NCBI GenBank assembly: GCA_964582155.1
Contig: CAZOSA010000001.1
Coordinates: 7,878-71,877 of the forward strand
Direction: 5' to 3'
From: an uncultured Enterobacteriaceae bacterium
Lineage (GTDB): Bacteria; Pseudomonadota; Gammaproteobacteria; Burkholderiales; SG8-39
DNA: 64,000 nucleotides
The notes beneath the pieces were generated by a model, which saw only the letters and a program-made list of their open reading frames with translations, had not been told where the DNA came from and ran no database searches. The stretch's first letter is position 1. Each line of letters opens with the position of its first letter. Shown in pieces: positions 11,550 through 23,698 of this stretch. The position numbers and the translations under genes are program-made.

Positions 11550-12411
11550 CATCTTCCCGGCGCGGCAAGTCCTCGCGCGGCAACAGGAACACCTGACCCG
11601 TCCCCGCCGCGGTCTGCGGCCAGACGAAGGGCGTTTGCGGGAAGGCTCGCTCCAGCGCCCTGCGATTCCGCCCGATCTCGCACACCAGCAACCCCTTGGG
11701 CTCAAGGTGGCCGAACGCTTGCCGCAGCACGAGTCGCACGAGTGCCAGTCCATCTGCGCCTCCGGCGAGCGCCAGGCGCGGCTCATGCCGGTACTCGCGC
11801 GGCAGGGCGCCCATCGAAGAAGCATCCACGTACGGCGGATTGCCGACGATCAGGTCGTAGCGGCTCGCTCCAAGGCCCGACATCAAGTCCGAGCGCAATA
11901 GTCGCACCCGGCTGCGCAGTCGATGGCGCGCGACATTTCGCTTCGCGACCGCGAGCGCGCCTGAGGACAGGTCGGTTGCATCGACGCGCGCGCGCGGAAA
12001 TGCTTGCGCGGCCAGCACGGCGAGACAACCTGAGCCAGTACACAAGTCGAGCGCGCGCTTCACTGGGCGGCGCAGCCAGAGCTGCAAGCGGTCCTGCAGC
12101 AGTTCTGCAATGTGTGAACGCGGGATGATGACGCGCCGGTCGACGTAGAACGGCTGGTCCGCAAGCCACGCCTCGTTGAGGAGGTAGGCGACCGGAATTC
12201 TTTCCCGGATACGGTGCTGCAGGAGGCGATGGATGCGAGCGGCTTCGCGTGGGCTGACCACGCGCTCGGCGGCGGCATCGAACGGCAGTCCAAGTCCGCG
12301 CAGCACCAGGAAAACGGCTTCATCGCGCGCTGTCGAGGTGCCGTGGCCGTAATGCAGGGGCGCCTTGCGCAGCCGCCGCGCAACCTCGCGCACCAGCTCC
12401 CGCAGGATCAA
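11542..12411 (-). CDS. prmB: 50S ribosomal protein L3 glutamine methyltransferase (PrmB-like)
   Basis: This is the C-terminal part of artefactual ORF 11542..13305. HYGHGTSTARDEAVFLVL, SAM motif LDLCTGSGCLAV, and catalytic GNPPY, collinear with E. coli PrmB. The proposed TTG start overlaps the dapE stop (TTGA), but the N-terminus could be longer. The 3' end overlaps tRNA-His by 8 nt on the other strand. Confidence 0.8.
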   Translation of the reverse strand: MILRELVREVARRLRKAPLHYGHGTSTARDEAVFLVLRGLGLPFDAAAERVVSPREAARIHRLLQHRIRERIPVAYLLNEAWLADQPFYVDRRVIIPRSHIAELLQDRLQLWLRRPVKRALDLCTGSGCLAVLAAQAFPRARVDATDLSSGALAVAKRNVARHRLRSRVRLLRSDLMSGLGASRYDLIVGNPPYVDASSMGALPREYRHEPRLALAGGADGLALVRLVLRQAFGHLEPKGLLVCEIGRNRRALERAFPQTPFVWPQTAAGTGQVFLLPREDLPRREDVG

Positions 12412-13535
12412 GGCAGCAGCGCGCGCAGCGTGTCGAGGTAAATGCGCGGCAATTGCTCGAGCGCGGCGAGCTCGATGTGCTCGTTCAGCTTGTGGATGCT
12501 GGAATTGACCGGGCCGAGCTCGACGACCTCGGGGCAGATGTCGATGATGAAGCGCCCGTCGGAAGTCCCGCCGGCGGTCGACAGCTGCGGCGCGCGGCCC
12601 GCATGTGCTTGCACCGAGCGCTGCACCGTTTCGATCAGGCGTCCTTTGCCGCTGAGGAAGGGCTTGCCGCCCAGCGTCCACGCGATGGCGTAGTCCAGGC
12701 GGTGCTTGCGCAGCACCTCCTCGAAGCGCGAGCGCAAGGATGCCTCGGTGCTGGCGCTCGAGAAGCGGAAGTTGCACAGCATCACCGCGGTGCCGGGGAC
12801 GATGTTCTCCACGCCCGTGCCGGCATTCAGGTTCGAGACCTGGAAGCTGGTCGGCGGGAAGGCTTCGTTGCCGCGGTCCCACTCGATGGAGGCCAGCTCG
12901 GCCAGTGCCGGCGCCAGCAGGAGGATCGGGTTCTTCACCTGCTCGGGATAGGCGATGTGGCCCTGCACGCCGTGCACGGTGATTCTCGCCGACAGGGAGC
13001 CGCGCCGGCCGATGCGCACGCCGTCGCCCAACGCCGCGGTTGAGGAGGGCTCGCCGACGATGCAGTAATCGAGGGTCTCGCCGCGCTGCTTCAGCCGCTC
13101 GACGACGCGCACCGTGCCATCGGATGCGGGACCTTCCTCGTCCGAAGTGATGAGCAGGGCGATCGAGCCTGCATGCCCCGGGCGTTCCGCCACGAACTGC
13201 TCCACCGCGACAACGAAGGCGGCGATCGAGGACTTCATGTCGGCGGCGCCGCGGCCGTAGAGCCTGCCGTCGCGCACTGTCGGGACGAATGGGTCGGAGT
13301 GCCACTGTTCGAGCGGGCCGCTGGGCACCACGTCGGTATGTCCGGCGAAGCAGAACACGGGGCGGGCGCTGCCGCGCCGGGCCCAGAGGTTGGTGACACC
13401 GTTGCTGCCGGCATCTTCGCAGCGGAAGCCGGCCCGGGCAAGGCGCGCGGCCAGCAGGGCCTGGCAGCCTGCATCCTCGGGCGTTACGGACCTGCGGCCG
13501 ATCAGCTCCCGGGCGAGTTCGAGGGCTGAATTCAC
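12408..13535 (-). CDS. dapE: succinyl-diaminopimelate desuccinylase
   Basis: 375-aa M20 peptidase with FAGHTDVVP and LITSDEEG metal-ligand motifs, in a dapC/dapD context. Confidence 0.93.
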   Translation of the reverse strand: MNSALELARELIGRRSVTPEDAGCQALLAARLARAGFRCEDAGSNGVTNLWARRGSARPVFCFAGHTDVVPSGPLEQWHSDPFVPTVRDGRLYGRGAADMKSSIAAFVVAVEQFVAERPGHAGSIALLITSDEEGPASDGTVRVVERLKQRGETLDYCIVGEPSSTAALGDGVRIGRRGSLSARITVHGVQGHIAYPEQVKNPILLLAPALAELASIEWDRGNEAFPPTSFQVSNLNAGTGVENIVPGTAVMLCNFRFSSASTEASLRSRFEEVLRKHRLDYAIAWTLGGKPFLSGKGRLIETVQRSVQAHAGRAPQLSTAGGTSDGRFIIDICPEVVELGPVNSSIHKLNEHIELAALEQLPRIYLDTLRALLP

Positions 13536-13536
13536 C

Positions 13537-14658
13537 TCAGGTGGTCATGTTGATCTTGATCAACGGCACGGAGACCTGTCCGGAGGTGATCTGGCCCGCG
13601 GTGGCCTGGTTGATGAGCCACAGCATGTTGGTGGAAGAATCCGCGTTCAGCATCGCCTCGTCCTGGGTGATCTGGCCTTCCACGAACAGCTTGAACAGCG
13701 ACTGCTCGAAGGTCTGCGAGCCCGGCGCCATGCTTTTTTCCATGGCTTCCTTGATCTCGTTGATCTGGCCCCTCTCGATCAGCTCCGCGATATGCCGCGT
13801 ATTGAGCAGCACCTCGCAGGCCACCCTGCGCTGTCCCGCCTTGGTGCGCACCAGGCGCTGGGAAACCACCGCCTGCAGCGATGCCGAGAGGTCCAGCAGC
13901 AGCGAGGTGCGATTCTCCAGGGGATAGAAACTGATGATCCGGTTCATCACGTGGTAGCTGTTGTTGGCGTGCAGCGTCGCCAGGGCCAGGTGGCCGGACT
14001 GCGCATACTGCAGCGCCATGGACATGGTCTCGCGATCGCGGATTTCGCCGATCAGGATGCAGTCGGGCGCCTGGCGCAGGGCGTTCTTGAGTGCCACGTG
14101 GAACGCCTTGGTGTCGGTGCCGATCTCGCGCTGGTTGACGATGGACTTGCGGTTCTTGAAGATGAACTCGACCGGGTCTTCGAGCGTCAGGATGTGGCCC
14201 GACTTCTCGGCGTTGCGGTAGTCGATCATCGCGGACAGGGAGGTTGTCTTGCCCGACCCGGTGGCGCCGATCATCAGGACCAGGCCGCGCTTTTGCATGA
14301 TGATTTCCTTCAGCACCGGCGGCAAGCCGAGGGAATCGAGCGGCGGCACCGCGCCCGGGATGTAGCGCACCACCACTGCGGGCGTGCCTTTTTGCCGGAA
14401 CGCGCTGATGCGGAAGGTGCCCACGCCTTCCATCGTGTAGGCGGTGTTCAATTCAAGCTCTTCCTCGAACTCGCGCACCTGGTGCTCGTTCAGCACCTCG
14501 TAGAGCAGGGTTTGCACCGCGCTGGGAGTGAGGATGGTCTGGTTCACCGGCATGGCCAAACCGTTGATCTTGATGTTGATCGGCGCGCCGATCGACAGGA
14601 AGATATCCGAGGCCTTCTTATCGGCCATCAGCTGGAACAGGCGTTTCATCGCCGACAT
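13537..14658 (-). CDS. PilT/PilU-family type IV pilus retraction-type ATPase (PilU-like)
   Basis: 373 aa with Walker A GATGSGKTT, Walker B/Asp box CILIGEIRD, and His box GHLALATLHANN (the PilU-like HANN variant). Its stop lies 1 nt from the dapE start. Confidence 0.85.
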   Translation of the reverse strand: MSAMKRLFQLMADKKASDIFLSIGAPINIKINGLAMPVNQTILTPSAVQTLLYEVLNEHQVREFEEELELNTAYTMEGVGTFRISAFRQKGTPAVVVRYIPGAVPPLDSLGLPPVLKEIIMQKRGLVLMIGATGSGKTTSLSAMIDYRNAEKSGHILTLEDPVEFIFKNRKSIVNQREIGTDTKAFHVALKNALRQAPDCILIGEIRDRETMSMALQYAQSGHLALATLHANNSYHVMNRIISFYPLENRTSLLLDLSASLQAVVSQRLVRTKAGQRRVACEVLLNTRHIAELIERGQINEIKEAMEKSMAPGSQTFEQSLFKLFVEGQITQDEAMLNADSSTNMLWLINQATAGQITSGQVSVPLIKINMTT

Positions 14659-14690
14659 GGCATACCTCCAGGGTGCGCTACCCCGCTAGT

Positions 14691-15512
14691 TTAATCCCCC
14701 CGGAGCAACTCGTTCAGGCTGGTTTTCGCCCGCGTCTTCGCGTCCACCCGCTTGACGATGACCGCACAATACAGGGCGCAGCTCCGATCGCCCGAGGGCA
14801 GCGTGCCGGCGACCACCACCGAGCCCGCGGGCACCCGTCCGTAGTGGACCTGACCCGATTCGCGGTCGAAAATCTTCGTGCTCTGACCGAGGAACACGCC
14901 CATCGAGATGACGCTGTTCTCCTCCACGATCACGCCCTCGACCACCTCGGAGCGCGCGCCGATGAAACAGTTGTCCTCGATGATCACCGGGCTGGCCTGC
15001 ACGGGCTCCAGTACGCCGCCGATGCCCACGCCGCCCGAAAGGTGGACGTTCCTGCCGATCTGGGCGCAGGAGCCAACGGTGGCCCAGGTGTCCACCATGG
15101 TGCCCTCGTCGACGTAGGCGCCGACGTTGACGTAGGAGGGCATCAGCACCACATTCTTCGCCAGGAACGCGCCGCGTCGCACCATGGCGGGCGGCACCAC
15201 CCTGAAGCCACCGCGTGCGAAAGCCGCGCTGTCGTAGCCGGCAAACTTGCCCGGCACCTTGTCGAAATAATTGGTGCAGGCGCCTGCCATCAACCGGTTG
15301 TCCTCCAGCCTGAACGAAAGCAGCACCGCCTTCTTCAGCCACTGGTGGGTGATCCATTCGCCACGTCGCTTCTCGGCGATGCGCAGCGTGCCGGCATCCA
15401 GGCCTGCGAGCGCAAATTCGATCGCAGCGCGTAGCTCCCGGGGTGCTGCGGCGGGGTTGAGGGAGGCCCGGTTCTCCCAGGCCTGGTCGATGATGCTCTG
15501 GTGTTTCTCCAT
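14691..15512 (-). CDS. dapD: 2,3,4,5-tetrahydropyridine-2,6-dicarboxylate N-succinyltransferase
   Basis: ATG 15512 inside ORF 14691..15704 gives [20 protein letters not shown]. Hexapeptide-repeat beta-helix region; 273 aa. Confidence 0.93.
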   Translation of the reverse strand: MEKHQSIIDQAWENRASLNPAAAPRELRAAIEFALAGLDAGTLRIAEKRRGEWITHQWLKKAVLLSFRLEDNRLMAGACTNYFDKVPGKFAGYDSAAFARGGFRVVPPAMVRRGAFLAKNVVLMPSYVNVGAYVDEGTMVDTWATVGSCAQIGRNVHLSGGVGIGGVLEPVQASPVIIEDNCFIGARSEVVEGVIVEENSVISMGVFLGQSTKIFDRESGQVHYGRVPAGSVVVAGTLPSGDRSCALYCAVIVKRVDAKTRAKTSLNELLRGD

Positions 15513-15519
15513 GGGTCCT

Positions 15520-16686
15520 CTACAGATTGCGCGCCAGCTGCCCGAGCCTTTGCACCGCTTCAACGCACTGCGCGAGCGGGGCGACCAGGGCGATGCGCAC
15601 GTGGTTGCGGCCGGGATTGGCGCCGTGTGCATCGCGCGCGATGAAGCTGCCAGGCAGCACCAGCACATTATATTGGCGCTGCAATTCCCGTGCGAAGGCC
15701 GCATCGTCGACCGGCGTACGCACCCAGAGGTAGAAGCCGCCGCCGGGCATCGCGGTGCTCAGGGGCGCGCCGATCAGGGGAAGCACGGCACGGAATTTCT
15801 CCGCATACAGCTTGCGATTGGCGCGCACGTGTTCCTCGTCGCCCCAGGCGGCGATCGACGCCTGCTGCACCGGCAGGCTCATCGCGGAGCCATGGTAGGT
15901 CCGGTACAGCAGGAAGCGCTGGAGCAGGGCGGCGTCGCCGGCGACGAAGCCCGAGCGCATGCCGGGAGCGTTGGAGCGCTTGGAGAGGCTGGAGAAAACC
16001 ACCAGCCGCGCGAAGCCGGGGCGGCCAAGCTGCTGCGCCGCCTGCAGCGCACCGAGCGGCGGGTGCGCCTCGTCGCAGTACAGCTCCGAATAGCACTCAT
16101 CGGAGGCGATGACGAAGCCGTGGCGGTCCGACAGCTCGAACAGTTGCTTCCAATCCTCGAGCTGCAGCACTCGGCCGGTAGGGTTGGCCGGCGAGCAGAC
16201 ATAGGCGAGTTGCACGCCGCGCCAGTCGATTTCGTCGAAACCCATGCCGTCGTTCTGGTACACGGGCAGCGCGCCGGCCAGGAGGGCGGCGCCTTCGTAG
16301 ATCTGGTAGAAGGGATTGGGGCAGGCGACGCGCGCCGCGCCTGCGGCCGGGTCGATGATGGTCTGCGCGAACGCGAACAGCGCCTCGCGCGAGCCGTTCA
16401 CCGGCAGCACCTGGGTCGCGGGGTCGATCGAGGGCAAGGCATGGCGGCGTATCAGCCAGGCGGCGATCGACTCGCGCAACGCCAGCGTGCCGGCGGTCGC
16501 GGGATAGGCGGACAAGCCCTCCAGCGACGCGGCCAGCGCCGCCTTCACCAGCTCGGGCGTCGGGTGCTTCGGTTCGCCGATCGACAGGTTGATGGGCCGC
16601 AGCGCCGCGTTCGGCGTCACCCCGGCGAGCAGGGCGCGCAGCTTCTCGAACGGATAGGGCTGCAGGCGTCCGAGGAGCGGGTTCAA
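15520..16686 (-). CDS. dapC: succinyldiaminopimelate transaminase
   Basis: TTG 16686 overlaps the queF stop (TTGA) and gives (M)[19 protein letters not shown], the typical DapC N-terminus. [12 protein letters not shown] and class I/II aminotransferase features. The upstream part of the ORF-track entry overlaps queF out of frame. Confidence 0.88.
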   Translation of the reverse strand: MNPLLGRLQPYPFEKLRALLAGVTPNAALRPINLSIGEPKHPTPELVKAALAASLEGLSAYPATAGTLALRESIAAWLIRRHALPSIDPATQVLPVNGSREALFAFAQTIIDPAAGAARVACPNPFYQIYEGAALLAGALPVYQNDGMGFDEIDWRGVQLAYVCSPANPTGRVLQLEDWKQLFELSDRHGFVIASDECYSELYCDEAHPPLGALQAAQQLGRPGFARLVVFSSLSKRSNAPGMRSGFVAGDAALLQRFLLYRTYHGSAMSLPVQQASIAAWGDEEHVRANRKLYAEKFRAVLPLIGAPLSTAMPGGGFYLWVRTPVDDAAFARELQRQYNVLVLPGSFIARDAHGANPGRNHVRIALVAPLAQCVEAVQRLGQLARNL

Positions 16687-17057
16687 ATCGCGGCCTTCCA
16701 GCCGCGCTTGCGATGTTCGGCGACAACTGCGGTGACGATGCCGCCGCGCACATTGAAGCAAGCCGTGAGCCGCATGTAGCGCGGCCGGGCGGCATGCACC
16801 AGGTCGTCGAGAATCCGGTTGGTCACGGCCTCGTGGAAAGCGCCCTCGTTGCGGAAGGACCAGAGATAGAGCTTGAGCGACTTCAGCTCCACGCACAGCC
16901 GGTCGGGCACGTACTCGAGCTCAAGCTGCGCGAAGTCCGGCTGCCCGGTGAGCGGGCACAGGCAGGTGAATTCCGGCATCTGCATACGGATGCGATAGTC
17001 GCGTTCCGGCGACGGGTTGCGGAATGTCTGCAGGCGCTTGCTGGGACGCGAGGTCAT
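16683..17057 (-). CDS. queF: NADPH-dependent 7-cyano-7-deazaguanine reductase (unimodular QueF)
   Basis: [18 protein letters not shown] and the [17 protein letters not shown] QueF motif. I took ATG 17057 as the start; the ORF track begins at TTG 17081. No clear SD precedes either. Confidence 0.88.
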   Translation of the reverse strand: MTSRPSKRLQTFRNPSPERDYRIRMQMPEFTCLCPLTGQPDFAQLELEYVPDRLCVELKSLKLYLWSFRNEGAFHEAVTNRILDDLVHAARPRYMRLTACFNVRGGIVTAVVAEHRKRGWKAAI

Positions 17058-17128
17058 CGAAAACGCGGTGCTGCGCGGCAAGATGCGAGCGCGCAGATGG
17101 TATCATTTTCAAAACGAGAACACGCTGC

Positions 17129-20100
17129 GTGCGACTCAACCAGATCCGGCTCTCAGGCTTCAAGTCCTTCGTCGACCCGACCTCGATTCACTTTCCAGGT
17201 CAGCTCGTGGGCATCGTCGGGCCCAACGGCTGTGGCAAGTCCAACGTGATCGACGCGGTGCGCTGGGTGCTGGGGGAATCGCGTGCCTCCGCCCTGCGCG
17301 GCGACTCCATGCAGGACGTGATCTTCAACGGTTCGGGCAATCGCAAGCCGCTGGCGCGGGCGAGCGTGGAACTCATATTCGACAACGCGCTGGGTCGCGC
17401 CGGCGGCCAGTGGTCGCAGTACGCCGAGATCTCGGTAAAGCGCGTGCTGCAGCGCGACGGCGAGTCGACCTACCACATCAACGGCCAGCATGTGCGCCGG
17501 CGCGACATCACGGATATCTTCCTCGGCACCGGCCTCGGGCCGCGCGCCTACGCGATCATCGAGCAGGGCATGATCTCGCGCGTCATCGAGGCCAGGCCCG
17601 ATGAGCTGCGGGTGTTCCTGGAGGAAGCCGCAGGCATCTCGCGGTACAAGGAGCGGCGCAGGGAAACCGAGCACCGCCTGGCCGAGACGCGGGAAAACCT
17701 CGCGCGCGTCACCGACATCCGGCTCGAGTTGGGCGCGCAGATCGAGAAGCTCGATGCGCAAGCGAAGGTCGCCACCCGCTATCAGGAACTTCAGGCCGAA
17801 TTGCAGCTCAAGCAGCACCTGCTTTGGTTCCTGCGCCGGCGCGACGCCGCTGCCGAGCGCGAGCGCCACGCGCGGGAGATCGCGCAGCAGGCGATCGAAC
17901 TGGAGTCCGGGGTCGCGAGCCTGCGCGAGGTCGAGAGCAGGGTCGAGACGGCGCGTGTTGCGCACTATGGCGCGGGTGACAGCATGAACTCCGCGCAGGC
18001 GGCGCTGTATGCGGCCAATGCCGAGGTGGCGCGCCTGGAATCGGAGTTGCGCCATGTCCAAGAGACACGCCAGCGCCTGGAGTTCCAGCACGCCGAGCGC
18101 GGGACGCAGCTGGCATCCTGGCGCGAGCAACGCGCACAGCTGACCCAGGCGCTGCACCTGTGGGTGGGCCGCGCCGAAGGCGCGCGCAAGCGGGCGGCCG
18201 GTGCGCAATCGCGGCTCGCCGCCGAGAACGCCAGGTTGCCGGAAGCCGAACGCGCGTTTCACGCGGCGCAAGAGCAGCTGGGCGAGGCGCGCAGCCAGCA
18301 ACTGCGCGCCGAAAGTCGCGCCCAGCTCGAGCAATCAAACCTGGCCCACCTCGATCGCGGCTTGGAAACGCTGGCGCTGCGGCGCGAACGGCTGGCGGGC
18401 GAGCGGCAATCGCTGATGCAGCCGGATGCGCAGGCGCTTGCCGCCCAGGAGCTGCGTCGCGGGGACACTGATGCCGCGATCGCGTCTGCCGGGGAGGCAC
18501 TGAACCTGCTGCAGGGCGCCTGCGATGCGCTCGACGCCGATCGCGCTGCTGCCGGTGACGGGCTGTCCGTGGCCTCGAAGGAGCACGCGGCGGCCGAGGC
18601 GCAGTTATTCACGTTGCAGCAGATCCAGGCAGCTGCCGAGGACAATGCACCATTGCGCGACTGGCTTGCCCGCCACGGGTTGAGCGCATTGCCGCGTTTT
18701 TGGCAACAGGTGCGTATCGAGCCCGGTTGGGAAGTGGCGGTGGAATCGGTGCTCCGGGAGCGTCTGCATTCCCTGGATCTGGGCGAGGGGTCGGGGCTGG
18801 ACGCCGTGGTCGCGGATGTGCCGCCGGTCAAGGCCAGCGTGTTTCGCCGCGGGCCGGTCGGCACCGTCGCAGCGCTTGCCGGGCAAACTTCGCTCGCCGC
18901 AAAAGTGCACGCGGCCAACCCGGACCTGGGTGGCGCGCTGGCGGACTGGTTCGCGCATGCGTTCGTGTGGGAGGGCACGCCGGACGCGACGCAGCGCGAG
19001 CGGCTGCCTGCGGGGACGCTGCTGGTCAATCGCGAGGGGCACCAGTTCACCCGGCATACCGTGTCTTTTCATGCGCCGGATCCGGCGGATGCGGGCTTGC
19101 TCGCGAGGCAAGCGGAAATCGATTCCCTGCAGGGGCGCGTGCTTGCGCTGGCGCAGCGGGTCGCAGTGGCGCGCGCACACAGCGAACAGGCCGCTGCGGC
19201 CCTGGAAGCGCGCCAGAACGAGATCGAAGCGGCACGCGACGCACTGACGGAGCGCCAGCAGCGGCGCCACGAAGTGCAGATCGAGCTGCTGAAGCTGCAG
19301 CAGTCGCAGGAGCGCTACCGCGAGCGCAGCGCGCTGATCGACAGGGAAATTGCCGAGATCGCCGGCGAGGTGCAGCGCGACGAAACGCGGCGCGCGCAAT
19401 GCGCGCAGGCCGTGGCCCGCGCGGCGCAGGAAATCGCCGCGGCCCGCGCGCACCTGGAGACAGTACGCGCCTCGCACGCGCAAGCGCAGAGCGCACTTGC
19501 GGCGCAGCGCCAGGCGGGTCAGCAGGCCGAACGTGATGCGCAAGACGCGGTTTTCGGCGAGCGCGAATGCACCTCGAAGATCGCCGAGGTCGACAGTTCC
19601 GTGCGCCTCATCGATCAGCAAATCGAACGTGCCGATGGCGAAGTGGCGAAGCTCACCGAGGAACTTGCCGTGGATCCCGTGCCCGCCGTGCGCGCCGCGC
19701 TGGACGCGTCGGTCGAGGAGCGCATCGTGCGCGAGAAGGTGCTGGCCGAAGAGCGCAACGCGGTTGAAGCGGCCGCACTCGCATTGCGCGCTCTGGAAGA
19801 GGAGCGCCTGCAGGTCGAAACCAGGCTGGCGCCGCTGCGCGATCGCATCAACGAACTGCGGCTCAAGGAGCAGGCGGCGCAGATCATCCACGACCAGCAT
19901 GCAGAACAATTGAGCGAGGCCGCAGCCGACGAACCGCGGCTCGCTGCGGAGGCCGAGCACGCGCCGCGGCCTGCCTCGCTGCATGGCGAGATCACCCGGG
20001 CCACGCAGGCGATCGGCGCGCTGGGCGCGGTCAATCTGGCGGCGCTGGAGGAACTCAGGACCAACCAGGAGCGCAAAGGCTACCTCGATGCGCAGGCGGC

Positions 20101-20644
20101 CGACCTGGACGAGGCCGTGCACACGCTGGAAGACGCCATCCGGCGCATCGACCGTGAGACGCGCGAGCTGCTGCGTGAGACTTTCGACAGTGTGAACCGG
20201 CATTTCGGTGCGCTGTTCCCGGTGCTGTTCGGCGGCGGCGAAGCTCGGCTGATCATGACCGGCGAGGAGATTCTGGACGCGGGCGTGCAGGTCATGGCGC
20301 AACCGCCCGGCAAGCGCAATACCAGCATCCATCTGCTGTCCGGCGGCGAGAAGGCGCTGACTGCGATCGCGCTGGTGTTTTCCATGTTCCAGCTCAACCC
20401 GGCGCCTTTCTGCCTGCTCGACGAGGTCGACGCGCCCCTGGACGACAGCAACACGGTACGCTTCTGCGACCTGGTCAGGAAGATGGCGGCGCAAACGCAG
20501 TTCCTGTTCATCAGTCACAACAAGATCACCATGGAAATGGCGGCGCAGCTGATCGGGGTCACCATGCCCGAGTCCGGCGTGTCGCGCGTCGTGGCGGTGG
20601 ACATCGAGGAGGCGCTGCGCATCCGGGAGGAGCTCGCCGCCTGA
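17129..20644 (+). CDS. smc: chromosome segregation protein SMC
   Basis: GTG 17129 gives (M)RLNQIRLSGFKSFVDPTSIHF. Walker A GPNGCGKSN, long coiled coils and hinge, signature LSGGEKALTAIAL, Walker B LLDEVDAPLD. Followed by zipA-ligA. Confidence 0.95.
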   Translation: MRLNQIRLSGFKSFVDPTSIHFPGQLVGIVGPNGCGKSNVIDAVRWVLGESRASALRGDSMQDVIFNGSGNRKPLARASVELIFDNALGRAGGQWSQYAEISVKRVLQRDGESTYHINGQHVRRRDITDIFLGTGLGPRAYAIIEQGMISRVIEARPDELRVFLEEAAGISRYKERRRETEHRLAETRENLARVTDIRLELGAQIEKLDAQAKVATRYQELQAELQLKQHLLWFLRRRDAAAERERHAREIAQQAIELESGVASLREVESRVETARVAHYGAGDSMNSAQAALYAANAEVARLESELRHVQETRQRLEFQHAERGTQLASWREQRAQLTQALHLWVGRAEGARKRAAGAQSRLAAENARLPEAERAFHAAQEQLGEARSQQLRAESRAQLEQSNLAHLDRGLETLALRRERLAGERQSLMQPDAQALAAQELRRGDTDAAIASAGEALNLLQGACDALDADRAAAGDGLSVASKEHAAAEAQLFTLQQIQAAAEDNAPLRDWLARHGLSALPRFWQQVRIEPGWEVAVESVLRERLHSLDLGEGSGLDAVVADVPPVKASVFRRGPVGTVAALAGQTSLAAKVHAANPDLGGALADWFAHAFVWEGTPDATQRERLPAGTLLVNREGHQFTRHTVSFHAPDPADAGLLARQAEIDSLQGRVLALAQRVAVARAHSEQAAAALEARQNEIEAARDALTERQQRRHEVQIELLKLQQSQERYRERSALIDREIAEIAGEVQRDETRRAQCAQAVARAAQEIAAARAHLETVRASHAQAQSALAAQRQAGQQAERDAQDAVFGERECTSKIAEVDSSVRLIDQQIERADGEVAKLTEELAVDPVPAVRAALDASVEERIVREKVLAEERNAVEAAALALRALEEERLQVETRLAPLRDRINELRLKEQAAQIIHDQHAEQLSEAAADEPRLAAEAEHAPRPASLHGEITRATQAIGALGAVNLAALEELRTNQERKGYLDAQAADLDEAVHTLEDAIRRIDRETRELLRETFDSVNRHFGALFPVLFGGGEARLIMTGEEILDAGVQVMAQPPGKRNTSIHLLSGGEKALTAIALVFSMFQLNPAPFCLLDEVDAPLDDSNTVRFCDLVRKMAAQTQFLFISHNKITMEMAAQLIGVTMPESGVSRVVAVDIEEALRIREELAA

Positions 20645-20672
20645 TCGCGGCGAGCTGGCCGCCGGCCTGGCC

Positions 20673-21590
20673 ATGAGCGACCTGCAGATCGGGCTGTTGG
20701 CGCTCGGGGTGCTGGTGGTGGTCGGCGTCCTCGGTTACAACGCCGCGCAGGAACGGCGGGCGCAGCGTACTGCCGAGCGCGCCTTTCGTTCCGGCCACGA
20801 CGACGTACTGATGGAAGGCGCCGCGCAGCGCCAGGAACCGACGTTTGAAGCCTCACCGCGTCGCGCCGCCCTGCAGACGGTGCTGCCCGACAATCGCCTG
20901 GACTACGTGATCGAACTCGCGCTGCGCAAAATGGTTTCAGCGGCCGAGGTCGCCGAGCGCTGGGCGCCCTACGAGCACCGCTTTGCCGGCCGGGCATTGA
21001 TTGCCGTCAGCCCGGACCGAATCGCCTGGCGGCCGCTCGCCGCCGCCGGCAACTGCGCCGCAGCACGGGCAGCTTTACAGCTGGCGAGCCGCGCCGGTCC
21101 GGTCGGCGAGGCCGAGCTGATCGAGTTTCGCGCCGCGGTGGATACGCTCGCCGCGCACATCGGCGGCAATGTTTCGGCGCCTGAGATCAAGCAGGCCGTC
21201 GAAGCTGCCCGCGAACTGGACCGGCTGTGCTCCGACTCGGATATCCAGGTGGTGCTGCACGTGGTGCCGCAACCCGGAGGCGCGTTTGCCACAGACGCGC
21301 CGGCGGTCGCGGAGGAGGCCTTTGGCGTGGGCCGCAGGGACGATGGCGGGTACGTGCTGGCGCTCGATGTGCCGCGCACCCCGGAGGTGCGCCGCAGCTA
21401 CGACGCGATGGTGCTCCACGCGCGCGACCTGTGCGTCGCGCTAGGCGGCATCATCGTGGACGACAATGGCCGGCCGCTGGACGAACGCGCGCTCGCGGCG
21501 ATCGGCGCGCAGCTCGACGCGGTGCGCAGCGCCCTGGAGGCGCGCGGCATCGAGCCCGGCAGCCCGGCGGCGCTGCGACTTTTCGCCTGA
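20673..21590 (+). CDS. zipA: cell division protein ZipA
   Basis: N-terminal TM helix LQIGLLALGVLVVVGVLGY, a linker, and a C-terminal ZipA-like domain ending GIEPGSPAALRLFA. Shows smc-zipA-ligA synteny. Confidence 0.8.
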   Translation: MSDLQIGLLALGVLVVVGVLGYNAAQERRAQRTAERAFRSGHDDVLMEGAAQRQEPTFEASPRRAALQTVLPDNRLDYVIELALRKMVSAAEVAERWAPYEHRFAGRALIAVSPDRIAWRPLAAAGNCAAARAALQLASRAGPVGEAELIEFRAAVDTLAAHIGGNVSAPEIKQAVEAARELDRLCSDSDIQVVLHVVPQPGGAFATDAPAVAEEAFGVGRRDDGGYVLALDVPRTPEVRRSYDAMVLHARDLCVALGGIIVDDNGRPLDERALAAIGAQLDAVRSALEARGIEPGSPAALRLFA

Positions 21591-23693
<2,103 letters not shown>

Positions 23694-23698
23694 TACCC

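Noticed and set aside
11542-13305. 587-aa ORF spanning prmB and running through dapE out of frame. Likewise 57501..59303 (a 600-aa extension of mtnA) and 61493..62521 (an extension of the small ORF through ygfZ).
   Set aside because: Only the 3' portions have protein-like sequence and family motifs. The 5' portions overlap confidently called genes in another frame. Stop/start overlaps (TTGA, GTGTGA, GTGA) give sensible shorter genes.
17058-17128. Possible preQ1-type riboswitch upstream of queF in the queF/smc divergent spacer.
   Set aside because: The spacer is only about 50-70 nt, I could see no preQ1-like hairpin or A-rich tail motif, and queF is not a typical preQ1-riboswitch target.
17129-20644. 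SMC-family ATPase as a possible Wadjet/Lamassu-type defence component.
   Set aside because: It is the canonical 1171-aa housekeeping SMC with conserved smc-zipA-ligA synteny, and scpA/scpB lie in the same window. No JetA/B/D- or LmuA/B-like partners are adjacent.
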